62,226 nucleotides of DNA from an uncultured Marinoscillum sp. (GCA_964553685.1 CAZKLB010000004.1:18704-80929); one strand, 5' to 3'; positions 1 to 8,969 are shown, counted from the stretch's first letter. Numbers and translations are program-made. The notes: generated by a model from the sequence alone, not told the origin.

Positions 1-129
1 TTTTACATCTGTGATTACTTCCATCTCCTCTTCTTCTTCAGGAGCAGCTTCGTCTTCCTCACAAGCTGTAAAAATAAATAGAGTTAGTACAGCAAATAAA
101 AGGTATTTAAGTTTTAATATGTTTTTCAT
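1..129 (-). CDS. N-terminal fragment of an acidic lipoprotein, truncated by the window edge; resembles Bacteroidota metal-uptake-locus lipoproteins
   Basis: Not in ORF track. Hand translation from ATG at 129: MKNILKLKYLLFAVLTLFIFTACEEDEAAPEEEEEMEVITDVK. Signal peptide II with lipobox FTAC, then an acidic linker and EVIT motif. Confidence 0.8.
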   Translation of the reverse strand, partial: MKNILKLKYLLFAVLTLFIFTACEEDEAAPEEEEEMEVITDVK

Positions 130-160
130 TGTTTTATAGTTTTATGTTAAGTAAATGTTT

Positions 161-202
161 AAAAAATCGACCCTAAAATTTGATGATATTATATTGAGGC
201 CG
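161..202 (-). terminator. Possible weak hairpin plus U-run (attenuator-like) between the RGPP leader ORF and the lipoprotein gene
   Basis: On the minus strand CGGCCT (202-197) can pair imperfectly with AGGGTCG (174-168), followed by ATTTTTT. The loop is long and AT-rich, so stability is doubtful. Confidence 0.25.
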
Positions 203-219
203 GGAATATAACGATAAAA

Positions 220-513
220 CTATGCAGGCGGTCCCCTTTGATATTTTTTATTGTAGAAAGGTTTAAAGTAATTCTCTGATTTAAAACTATTGAGATGTAA
301 GTCTACGAGATATTCATAACTGTTAGACTTTACCTCAAAATTTGAAATAGAATTTGAATTACAATTGCTAAACAAACATTTTTCACATTCTTCATATTCT
401 GTGTAACTGGTATATTCATTCGAATTTATATCATGATGGTGATATGAATGTCCATCAACTAATATTGTGATTAAAAACAAGCATGAAAGAAATAAAGAAA
501 GTGTTTTTTTCAT
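220..513 (-). CDS. DUF2946/CruR-like small protein: N-terminal hydrophobic segment, His cluster, CxxC, C-terminal RGPP motif
   Basis: 97 aa: MKKTLSLFLSCLFLITILVDG, HSYHHH, CEKC plus two more Cys, ends YQRGPPA-stop. Confidence 0.7.
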   Translation of the reverse strand: MKKTLSLFLSCLFLITILVDGHSYHHHDINSNEYTSYTEYEECEKCLFSNCNSNSISNFEVKSNSYEYLVDLHLNSFKSENYFKPFYNKKYQRGPPA

Positions 514-516
514 AGA

Positions 517-936
517 TTAATTAAGTGAGCAATTTAAAGAAATTTTGCAATTTAATAATCCAGATATCGGACAATTTTTTTTAGCTTCTTCTGCACATTC
601 CAAGAACTTATCCTCTGATAGCTCTGGTACTTTAGCATTTAATGATAAATCAATTGATTCAACAACGCCATCGATAAAAGTGAGTACTGACTCAGTTTCT
701 AAGACTTCAGGGAAAAATCCATTTTCATTTAGTACAAAACTCAATTTCATATTAAAACAACCTGCGTGTGCAGCAGCAATTAATTCTTCTGGATTAGTAC
801 CGAGTTTCCCGTCATCATTTTTAAATCTCATTTTAAAATTATAAGGTAAATTTTCAATTGCTCCACTACCTGTTGATAACATACCAGAACCATCCTCACC
901 ATTTCCTTTCCATACTACATGGGCTTTTCTTTTCAT
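517..936 (-). CDS. osmC: OsmC family peroxiredoxin
   Basis: AxVVWKG start, TNPEELIAAAHAGCFNM (first Cys) and AKKNCPIS (second Cys). Confidence 0.93.
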   Translation of the reverse strand: MKRKAHVVWKGNGEDGSGMLSTGSGAIENLPYNFKMRFKNDDGKLGTNPEELIAAAHAGCFNMKLSFVLNENGFFPEVLETESVLTFIDGVVESIDLSLNAKVPELSEDKFLECAEEAKKNCPISGLLNCKISLNCSLN

Positions 937-982
937 AATAAATTTTTTTACTTAAATTAATATATTCTGAATTTAAATAGAA

Positions 983-1981
983 ATGGTCAAAAACTCTAGA
1001 AGAAATTTTATAAAAAAATTATTTTTATTATCTCAGTCTTTGCTTTTACCTCAGAACCTAATTTCTAATCATTATTCAAAAAAAAATTTAGATATTGCCC
1101 TTCAAGTATATTCCTTCGCTCCCGAGCTACTTCAAGGTAAATTTCAAATACTTGATTTTCCAAGAATTATAAGAAATGATTATAACATTAGTGGTGCTGA
1201 GTACTGGTCGATCGCTTTCCTAGGAAAAGAAAAAGATAATGAATTTATCAAAAGTTTAAGAAATAATTCAAAAGAGTTTGGAGTTGATAATCTTATTATT
1301 CTTGTTGATAATATTGATATTCAAACAATGAAAAGTGGACCAAGCCTTGCATCATCAATAAAAACAGAGAGAGATTCTGCAATTGATTTTCACAAGCAAT
1401 GGGTTGAGGTAGCAAAAGAAATTGGCTGTCACTCAATTAGGGTAAACCTTAGATCTAAAGAGGATGATAACAAAAAAATACTTGACAATTCATCAAAAAG
1501 CCTACACGAACTTATTGAGTTTAGTAAAAACTATAAGATAAATATTGTTGTTGAAAATCATGGGGGCATCACTGGTGATGCTGATTGGATGGTGGATTTA
1601 ATGGAAAATATTAATTCTAAATACTTAGGAACTCTTCCAGATTTTGGCTCAAGTAACTTTTGTGTTAATAAAGGGGAATTAGATTTAGAGGGAATAACGA
1701 ATAGATGTGAGAACCAGTACGATAAGTATGATGGTGTTACAAAACTGATGCCATACGCAAAAGGTGTGAGCGCTAAATCTCATAATTTTAATGAAGAAGG
1801 TGAAGAGTTATCAACAGATTTTTCAAGGATGATTAAAATAATTTCGGAATCAGATTATGATGGGTATATTACAATAGAGTATGAGGGTGCGATAATGAGT
1901 ATGTACGGACAAGGTGAAAATTATTTGAATTCCAACGAAGGAATAATAGCAACAAAAAAACTTATTGAAAAATATTTATAA
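983..1981 (+). CDS. Tat-exported sugar phosphate isomerase/epimerase (xylose isomerase-like TIM barrel)
   Basis: SRRNFIKK twin-arginine signal; VVENHGG, LPDFG, SAKSH and ITIEYEG metal-binding motifs. Confidence 0.85.
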   Translation: MVKNSRRNFIKKLFLLSQSLLLPQNLISNHYSKKNLDIALQVYSFAPELLQGKFQILDFPRIIRNDYNISGAEYWSIAFLGKEKDNEFIKSLRNNSKEFGVDNLIILVDNIDIQTMKSGPSLASSIKTERDSAIDFHKQWVEVAKEIGCHSIRVNLRSKEDDNKKILDNSSKSLHELIEFSKNYKINIVVENHGGITGDADWMVDLMENINSKYLGTLPDFGSSNFCVNKGELDLEGITNRCENQYDKYDGVTKLMPYAKGVSAKSHNFNEEGEELSTDFSRMIKIISESDYDGYITIEYEGAIMSMYGQGENYLNSNEGIIATKKLIEKYL

Positions 1982-2425
1982 ATGAACTGGGTAGATTATT
2001 TCTATAAAATAGCAGAACAAGTAAAGGAAAAATCTAAAGATAAAAACACAAAGATTGGAGCTGTGATTGTTGGAAGAGATAACGAAATAGTCTCGACTGG
2101 TTATAATTCTTTTCCAAGAGGTATTGATGATAATGTTGCAGAAAGACAAGAGAGGCCTGAAAAATATTTTTGGTTTGAACATGCTGAAAGAAATGCTATA
2201 TACAATGCAGCAAGAATTGGAGTTTCAACTAAAGGTTGCACTATGTTTTTAACTTGTGATATTCCATGCGCAGATTGTGCAAGAGGGATCATAAATGCGG
2301 GTATTAATAAAATATATGTGATGGATGGAGGAGGCGCCAAATCTAAGAAATGGAAAGAGTCCGCGGAGAGAAGTATGAAAATGTTTAATGAATCTGGTGT
2401 AAAAGTTAAATGGTATAATAAGTAA
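1982..2425 (+). CDS. dCMP deaminase (ComEB/deoxycytidylate deaminase family)
   Basis: KIGAVIV, STGYN, HAERNAI (HxE) and PCADC (PCxxC) zinc motifs. ATG directly follows the upstream stop. Confidence 0.9.
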   Translation: MNWVDYFYKIAEQVKEKSKDKNTKIGAVIVGRDNEIVSTGYNSFPRGIDDNVAERQERPEKYFWFEHAERNAIYNAARIGVSTKGCTMFLTCDIPCADCARGIINAGINKIYVMDGGGAKSKKWKESAERSMKMFNESGVKVKWYNK

Positions 2426-2426
2426 A

Positions 2427-3368
2427 TTATTTCCAATCCCTATTAAAAGGACCTAAAAACATAGGGACATTTTCTTGATACTTCTTATAATCAGAATATT
2501 TTCTGGAGCTAATTCCCTCACTAAATATGGCGCTATTAACAAAAAGTATTACGAGCAATATACATCCAACGATTGACCAATTTAAATAAGCGCCGTTTGC
2601 TGAAGCGCTAAGGCAATAAAACGTGATCCATATAAGCTGCTCACATGTAAAATTTGGATGCCTAGAAAAAGACCATAAACCTGTCGTAACAAACCCTCTT
2701 TTGTAGTCGCCGTCTAATTTTTCATTATTTTCAATTCTTCTATACTTCTCGGTTTGAAATTCATATTGCTGTTGATCAGAAATGTATTGTATTACAATTA
2801 GTAAAAACATAAAACCACCGATAATATAATCCAGCATACCAAGTGGCTCAGATCCCTGCCACGCTGCAAGTATTGGTAAAGAAAAAAGAAATATTAATCC
2901 CATCTGGTATAAACAGATAAAAAATAAATTAAATAAACCCCAAGTTAATCTTGAAGATAGAAAAGGTATTGCAGCTTTTACTTCGACCCACCTGTAGTCT
3001 TCTTCTCCTTTCCAAAAATAAATACTAAATCCACCTCTTCTGGCAAAATTATATGTTAATCTAGCTCCCCATAAAGTTACTAGAACTGCCATCATGACCA
3101 TGCGATCATTGTAACCTGAAGCGTGAGCAAAGTACCATACGTATGCGATGGGGATTAAGCTCCAAAATTTATCTACCTGACTATAATTTTTTGCGAGTTC
3201 GCTAACAACAAAACAATAAATTGCTGACCCTAAGTATAGTTTTGTCATTGTAATTAAGGCTGCATACTGCTCATCTGTAAAAGATGTATCAAACACATCG
3301 GTCCCAAAAGTTATATACACTAATGCGCATAATGTGACAATAAGAAATATTGATTGTTTTGCTACCAT
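2427..3368 (-). CDS. DUF1295 family membrane protein (steroid 5-alpha-reductase-like)
   Basis: Multi-TM; VDKFWS, WGARL, EDYRW, SDQQQYEF and GLWSFSRHPNFTCEQLIW motifs. Confidence 0.88.
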   Translation of the reverse strand: MVAKQSIFLIVTLCALVYITFGTDVFDTSFTDEQYAALITMTKLYLGSAIYCFVVSELAKNYSQVDKFWSLIPIAYVWYFAHASGYNDRMVMMAVLVTLWGARLTYNFARRGGFSIYFWKGEEDYRWVEVKAAIPFLSSRLTWGLFNLFFICLYQMGLIFLFSLPILAAWQGSEPLGMLDYIIGGFMFLLIVIQYISDQQQYEFQTEKYRRIENNEKLDGDYKRGFVTTGLWSFSRHPNFTCEQLIWITFYCLSASANGAYLNWSIVGCILLVILFVNSAIFSEGISSRKYSDYKKYQENVPMFLGPFNRDWK

Positions 3369-3404
3369 CTAACTATATTTTTAATAATTCGTTCAATTTG
3401 GATT

Positions 3405-4217
3405 ATGAGTTTAATATTATCTAAAAAAATCTATGATACCAAAAACATACCAAAAGTAATCGGAATATACTATTTCATAGATGATAATAATATACCTATT
3501 TACATTGGAAAAAGTTTAAATATTAAAAAAAGAATTCAGCAGCATCTAAATTCAAAGTCATTAAAATCAGATAAAATTAAAACCAGATATAGCTACATAA
3601 GGTATCTTGAAACAAAAAGTGAGCTACTTGCATTGATTATTGAATCTCAAGAAATTAAAAAAAATAAGCCAGTTCTCAACAGGAAGCTTAGGAAGAAAAA
3701 AAGAAATATTTTTATTTCAAAATATAAGAATGAGGATGGGTATTATGGTTTGAAAATCTCAAGAAAAAGGGAGGGTAGTATAACAAGTTTCAGATCAATA
3801 AATTCTGCTAGATCATTTATAAATTATTTATCTAAAAAGTATAAGTTGTGTGAAAAGATAAATACAGCATTTTCATCTTCACATTGTTGTTTTTCGATAT
3901 CATCATCCTCTAAATCTCAAAATTGTTTTTGTGACGATAATAAAGATTCATATAATATTAAATTTTTTGATATGCTCAATTCTCTTGAACTACCAAAAAA
4001 AAAATTTCTCATCTTCTCTAAAAATAGTAACAAACCTTATCCATTCATATCCGTATCAAATGGTGTTGTAGAAGGGTACGGATACTCCAATACCAAATCC
4101 AAAAGTTGTAAAAACCACCTTAAGAAATTAGATTTTATTACAAAGGATGAAATTATAATTGTGAATAATTATTACAAAAAAAATTTAAAGGATTTAGAAT
4201 TAATCTCTCTAAAATGA
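3405..4217 (+). CDS. GIY-YIG nuclease, UvrC/Cho-like N-terminal domain plus Cys-rich region
   Basis: GIYYF..YIGKS..IKKRIQQH, ALIIESQEIKKNKPVLN. Start moved to ATG 3405 because the ORF-track start at 3354 overlaps the divergent gene. Confidence 0.8.
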   Translation: MSLILSKKIYDTKNIPKVIGIYYFIDDNNIPIYIGKSLNIKKRIQQHLNSKSLKSDKIKTRYSYIRYLETKSELLALIIESQEIKKNKPVLNRKLRKKKRNIFISKYKNEDGYYGLKISRKREGSITSFRSINSARSFINYLSKKYKLCEKINTAFSSSHCCFSISSSSKSQNCFCDDNKDSYNIKFFDMLNSLELPKKKFLIFSKNSNKPYPFISVSNGVVEGYGYSNTKSKSCKNHLKKLDFITKDEIIIVNNYYKKNLKDLELISLK

Positions 4218-4690
4218 TAACTTTCAATAATCAAAATAAGGTTTACACACTTAAGACAGAGCAAGAATTACCCATCACTCTGAAGAAAAGTTGGGATTTT
4301 TTTTCAAGTCCAAAAAATCTGTTTAAAATAACTCCTGAGCATATGAACTTTAAAATTCTTACAGATTTTAAAAAGATGTATGAGGGTCAAATAATTAAAT
4401 ATAAAGTTTCTCCCTTTCCTTTTTTCAGAGTCGGATGGACTACTAAGATTACATATGTTGAAGAACCTTTTTCTTTTATTGACAAGCAAGTTTCTGGCCC
4501 TTTCAGATTATGGGAACACACGCACACATTCAAAAAAAAAAATAATAAGCTTCTAGCATGTGATATTGTAAAATACAAATTACCTCTAGGTCTAATTGGA
4601 AGAATATTTGGGGGGGCAATTGTAAAGTATCAATTAAATAAAATATTTGAATACAGAAATAAACAATTAAATAAAATTTTTAACAAATGA
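4214..4690 (+). CDS. SRPBCC family protein
   Basis: WDFFSSPKNLFKITP, FIDKQVSGPFRLWEHTH, DIVKYKLPLG; ATGA overlap with upstream gene. Confidence 0.88.
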   Translation: MITFNNQNKVYTLKTEQELPITLKKSWDFFSSPKNLFKITPEHMNFKILTDFKKMYEGQIIKYKVSPFPFFRVGWTTKITYVEEPFSFIDKQVSGPFRLWEHTHTFKKKNNKLLACDIVKYKLPLGLIGRIFGGAIVKYQLNKIFEYRNKQLNKIFNK

Positions 4691-5373
4691 GCAGAATACT
4701 AATAATTGGCGGTAGCAGAGGAATAGGAAAAGAGGTGTTAAATTATCAACTAGATAAAAATAAAAGATGTGTAGTCTTATCCCGATCAGATTTAGATATT
4801 AATGATACCAATGTAGAGCATCACAAGGTTGACATATCTAATGAGAGTTTACCAGAAGTTAACGATATTGAATCCCTTGTATTCTGTCCTGGATCAATAA
4901 CGCTTAAACCATTTCTTCAACTAAAAGACGAAGATTTTTTAAGAGATTTTGAAATCAACGTTATTGGTGCTATTAAATGTATTAGATATTATATTAACGA
5001 ACTAAAAAATTCTGAGAATCCCTCTATAACCATGTTTAGTACAGTTGCTGTTGGTCAGGGCATGCCATTCCATTCCTCAATATCAACTGCAAAGGCAGGA
5101 GTTGAAGGTCTTACAAAGTCTCTGGCGGCAGAGTTTGCTCCTAATGTTAGAGTAAACTGTATTGCACCAACTCTAACCAAAACAGATTTAGCAAAAGGAA
5201 TTTTAAGAAATGAGAGAATAGAAGAGAATATATCTGAGAAACATCCATTGAAAAAAATATGTGAGGCCTCTGATGTATCAGGAATGGTGAACTTTCTAGT
5301 TTCAAGGGATGCTAAAATGGTTACAGGACAAATCATGAGAGTAGATTCTGGAATGTCGACTTTAAAAATATAG
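4687..5373 (+). CDS. Short-chain dehydrogenase/reductase (SDR)
   Basis: IGGSRGIG Rossmann motif, FSTVA, AKAGVEGL, RVNCIAP. The usual YxxxK Tyr appears replaced (SISTAK). Confidence 0.9.
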   Translation: MSRILIIGGSRGIGKEVLNYQLDKNKRCVVLSRSDLDINDTNVEHHKVDISNESLPEVNDIESLVFCPGSITLKPFLQLKDEDFLRDFEINVIGAIKCIRYYINELKNSENPSITMFSTVAVGQGMPFHSSISTAKAGVEGLTKSLAAEFAPNVRVNCIAPTLTKTDLAKGILRNERIEENISEKHPLKKICEASDVSGMVNFLVSRDAKMVTGQIMRVDSGMSTLKI

Positions 5374-5375
5374 TA

Positions 5376-6005
5376 GTGATTCTTACTAGAGAGTCTCTTA
5401 AAAATTCTGATAAGGTTTATAGATTGAACCTTATAAATAGCATTACAGGTTATAAACCTGGTAATTTGATTGGCACTAAATCAGCTAACAATAAGAGTAA
5501 TCTAGCAATATTTTCATCCGTAGTTCATCTAGGGTCGAAGCCACCTCTACTCGGAATTATTACAAGACCAAACAGTGTGCCTAGACATACTTATAAAAAT
5601 ATCATAGATACCAATTATTTCACAATTAATCATATATCAAAGGACTCTGTTTTAAGAGCTCATTACACATCAGCAAAATTTGATATTGACGATTCTGAAT
5701 TCAAGAGATGCGGATTTGAAGAAAATTACCTTAATGATTTTTTTGCTCCTTTTGTTAAAGAGAGTGAGGTCAAAATAGGAATGAAATTAGTCGAAGAAAT
5801 AAGTATTAAATCAAACAATACAATTTTATTGGTAGGTGAAGTGATAAAAATCATAGTTGACGATAATTTTATAGATACAGATGGCTCTTTAAAATACGAG
5901 GATATGAATTCCATATGTATTTCTGGTCTTGATACGTATTATGAAACAAAGAAAATTGCTAAATACCCATATGCAAGAAGGGAGGAATTACCTGAAAAAT
6001 GGTGA
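5376..6005 (+). CDS. Flavin reductase-like (DIM6/NTAB family) protein
   Basis: GTG start; [44 protein letters not shown]. Confidence 0.85.
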   Translation: MILTRESLKNSDKVYRLNLINSITGYKPGNLIGTKSANNKSNLAIFSSVVHLGSKPPLLGIITRPNSVPRHTYKNIIDTNYFTINHISKDSVLRAHYTSAKFDIDDSEFKRCGFEENYLNDFFAPFVKESEVKIGMKLVEEISIKSNNTILLVGEVIKIIVDDNFIDTDGSLKYEDMNSICISGLDTYYETKKIAKYPYARREELPEKW

Positions 6006-6154
6006 AAATAAATATTCCAGACAAGATATGTATAGTTTGCGAAAGACCATTTTCATACAGAAAAAAGTGGAGAAATTGTTGGGAAGATGTCAAATACTGT
6101 TCTAAAAGATGCAGAAAAAATAAACATGAAAGAATTATCAGTAATACTTCCTAA
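5999..6154 (+). CDS. DUF2256 family small Cys-rich protein (51 aa)
   Basis: Not in ORF track. Hand translation [51 protein letters not shown] has the CxxCxRPF..RKKW...W..VxYCSxRCR signature. Confidence 0.88.
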   Translation: MVKINIPDKICIVCERPFSYRKKWRNCWEDVKYCSKRCRKNKHERIISNTS

Positions 6155-7601
6155 CCAACTATTTGAGGACATTAGTATATTAAATAAAAAGTTTCCTGTT
6201 TACCTAATTGAGGAATTTCTTTTTTTTAAAAATTATAATTTTCATAAGCAAAAACTTGTATTCCATAGATCCTCAATGAAGTGCTATGAAAAGTATTTAA
6301 TAAAGAATGGTTACACGGTTAGCTATATTGAATCTAAAAATGAATTATCTGACATACGTTATTTCATAAATAATATAGATAAAGAGATCAATCACATTCA
6401 TATCATTGAACCTAACGACTATCTTATTGAGAGAAGACTTGTTAGAGAATGTAATAAAAATAATATCAAATTAAATCTTTACGATAGTCCAGCTTTCATA
6501 AGCTCAAAGGATGATCTTAAAAGCTTTTTTAAGGAGGATAAAGTAAAATTTTTTCAAACCTCTTTCTATAAAGCCCAAAGAAAAAAATTTAATATATTAT
6601 TATCAAATGGTGATCCAAAAGGAGGAAAGTGGACTTATGATGATGAAAATAGACTGAGATATCCGAAAGATAAAAAGACTCCTGAAATTGAATATCCAGC
6701 ATCTGACGAAGATCACTCAAAAGCAATCAAATATGTTAATGAGAATTTTGAAAGAAATATAGGTATCATTGACAGAAATATCATATATCCATTTACTTTT
6801 AATTCCGCTAAAAAATGGTTTGAAAACTTTCTAAATAAAAGGTTCAAAGAATTTGGTCCTTATGAGGATGCTATTTTAAAAGAGGAATCAATACTTAATC
6901 ATAGTTTACTATCACCGCTGCTAAATAGTGGTCTATTATCTCCTAAATATATAGTTAATGAATCCTTACTTTTTTATAAAAAAAATAATATACCAATCAA
7001 CTCGTGCGAAGGATTTATAAGACAAATAATAGGTTGGAGAGAGTTTATAAGAGGAATCTATACCGTGAAAGGATCTTACGAGAGGACCAAAAATTATTGG
7101 AATTTTGAAAGAAAAATTCCAGAGTCTTTCTACAATGGCACAACCGGAATTGAGCCTGTGGATGATACAATAAAAAAAGTAATTAAATCTGCTTACAACC
7201 ATCATATTGAGAGACTAATGATCATTGGCAATTTTATGTTATTATGTGAATTCGATCCAGACGAAGTTTATCGCTGGTTCATGGAATTTTATATTGATGC
7301 ATATGACTGGGTAATGGTGCCTAATGTATATGGTATGAGTCAATTCGCAGATGGTGGTCTTATGTCAACAAAACCATACATTAGCGGTAGTAGTTACATC
7401 CTCAAAATGAGTAACTACAAAAAATCTGATTGGTGTGATATATGGGATGCACTTTTTTGGAGATTTTTAGATAAACAAAGAGATTTCTTTTCTAAAAATC
7501 CAAGAATGAGAATGTTAGTAAGCACCTACGATAAAATGGATAAAAGTAGGAAAAATGTATTATCAAATACAGCAAAAAATTATTTAGAAAATTTAAAATA
7601 A
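6126..7601 (+). CDS. Bacterial (6-4) photolyase / cryptochrome of the PhrB/CryB clade, variant lacking the Fe-S cysteines
   Basis: [76 protein letters not shown]. Start moved to ATG 6126 (MKELSVILP). Confidence 0.9.
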   Translation: MKELSVILPNQLFEDISILNKKFPVYLIEEFLFFKNYNFHKQKLVFHRSSMKCYEKYLIKNGYTVSYIESKNELSDIRYFINNIDKEINHIHIIEPNDYLIERRLVRECNKNNIKLNLYDSPAFISSKDDLKSFFKEDKVKFFQTSFYKAQRKKFNILLSNGDPKGGKWTYDDENRLRYPKDKKTPEIEYPASDEDHSKAIKYVNENFERNIGIIDRNIIYPFTFNSAKKWFENFLNKRFKEFGPYEDAILKEESILNHSLLSPLLNSGLLSPKYIVNESLLFYKKNNIPINSCEGFIRQIIGWREFIRGIYTVKGSYERTKNYWNFERKIPESFYNGTTGIEPVDDTIKKVIKSAYNHHIERLMIIGNFMLLCEFDPDEVYRWFMEFYIDAYDWVMVPNVYGMSQFADGGLMSTKPYISGSSYILKMSNYKKSDWCDIWDALFWRFLDKQRDFFSKNPRMRMLVSTYDKMDKSRKNVLSNTAKNYLENLK

Positions 7602-7609
7602 ATTATTTA

Positions 7610-8911
7610 ATGAAAAGGGCAATATACTGGTTTAGAAAAAATTTAAGGTTAAATGATAATCCATCACTAGCTGAAGCTATCAAAAACTATGATGAAATCA
7701 TTTTCATATACATTAAAAATGAAAGTTTTTTTAATCCATTAAAACATGATGAAAATAAAATTGGAGAATTCAGAAAAAAATTTTTAGATGAATCAGTCAT
7801 TAACTTAGAAACAAATCTTAAAAAAATAAATATAAGGCTTTATATTTTTGATGGGGATTTAGTAGAAATATTTACAGAAATCAATATGAATTTCAAATCC
7901 AACATTGTATTTGCAACAAAAGAAGTTGGATGGTATGAGGAATCCGAGGAAAAAACCCTTAAAGAAAATGGATTTGATTTAAGACTATATGAAGATCAGA
8001 ACCTATTTGAGTTAGAGAAATTACCTTACGATATTGAAGAATTACCGCTTATTTTTACTCATTTTAGAAAGAAAGTTGAAAAAAATGTTACTATACGAAA
8101 TATAGAAAAATATGAAATACCAAGTTATTCTACTAAAGAGTTTAGTTTTAAGAAACTAGTGAATGTTGAACATCCAAAAACAAAATTATCAAATAAATCT
8201 GCGTATCCTTTTATTGGTGGAGAAGACGATGGAATCAAAAGATTAAATTCTTACCTATGGGAAACAAACAATATTGAAAATTATAAAGAAACAAGAAATG
8301 GATTAGTTGGAACTGAATATTCTTCTAAGTTTTCAGCTTATTTATCCTTGGGCTGTATTTCTCCTGTACAGGTTTATCAGGAAGTAAAAAAATATGAAAA
8401 AGAAGTTAAAAAAAATTCGTCTACTTACTGGATAATCTTTGAATTACTATGGAGAGAATTTTTTAGATATGTTTATTTAAAAGCTGAGAATAAAATTTTT
8501 TTAAAAAATGGGATTAACGGTAATATCTTTTCAAAAAACTTCAATAATAATATAGATGCTTTTACTGCTTGGAAGAATGGTGAAACTGGACAAGACTTTA
8601 TAGATGCTAATATGATTGAACTGAAAAAAACTGGTTTTATGAGTAATAGGGGAAGACAAAATGTAGCTAGCTACTTAATTAATGATTTAGATATCAATTG
8701 GGTTTGGGGTGCATCTTATTTCGAAAAACATTTGATTGATTATGATGTTACTAGTAACTGGTGTAATTGGATGTACATGGCTGGAGTTGGTAATAATACT
8801 AGGAATTGGGTATTCAATCCTGAGAGACAATCTGATATGTATGATAAAGATGGATTATTTCGATCTAATTGGTTATCAACAAAAAAGGGGCAACAAAATA
8901 TTATGTTTTAG
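7610..8911 (+). CDS. DASH family cryptochrome
   Basis: WFRKNLRLNDNP, YKETRNGLVG..YSSKFSAYL, ELLWREFF, GFMSNRGRQNVASYL, LIDYD..SNWCNWMYMAGVGN. Confidence 0.92.
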   Translation: MKRAIYWFRKNLRLNDNPSLAEAIKNYDEIIFIYIKNESFFNPLKHDENKIGEFRKKFLDESVINLETNLKKINIRLYIFDGDLVEIFTEINMNFKSNIVFATKEVGWYEESEEKTLKENGFDLRLYEDQNLFELEKLPYDIEELPLIFTHFRKKVEKNVTIRNIEKYEIPSYSTKEFSFKKLVNVEHPKTKLSNKSAYPFIGGEDDGIKRLNSYLWETNNIENYKETRNGLVGTEYSSKFSAYLSLGCISPVQVYQEVKKYEKEVKKNSSTYWIIFELLWREFFRYVYLKAENKIFLKNGINGNIFSKNFNNNIDAFTAWKNGETGQDFIDANMIELKKTGFMSNRGRQNVASYLINDLDINWVWGASYFEKHLIDYDVTSNWCNWMYMAGVGNNTRNWVFNPERQSDMYDKDGLFRSNWLSTKKGQQNIMF

Positions 8912-8969
8912 AGTATAAGTAGATATATATGTAAATTTTTTATGTATATAAATGGAATAAATTATAGTT

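Noticed and set aside
1982-2425. Deaminase as an anti-phage dCTP-depletion system
   Set aside because: At 147 aa it lacks the kinase-like domain of such defence enzymes and has no defence neighbours.
2427-3368. Slightly higher apparent GC in the DUF1295 gene as proof of recent transfer
   Set aside because: This is a visual impression only, not computed, and membrane-protein composition could explain it.
3405-4217. GIY-YIG protein as a homing endonuclease or mobile intron
   Set aside because: No interrupted host gene or intron-like flanks; it is coupled to the next gene and has UvrC/Cho-like features.
4532-4542. A11 tract in the SRPBCC gene and other long A/T runs as phase-variation switches
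   Set aside because: Frames are intact, the runs encode Lys-rich stretches, and such runs are expected at this AT content.
6087-6125. Longer N-terminus for the photolyase given by the ORF track
   Set aside because: This stretch is the coding region of the DUF2256 gene in another frame; family-like sequence begins at ATG 6126.
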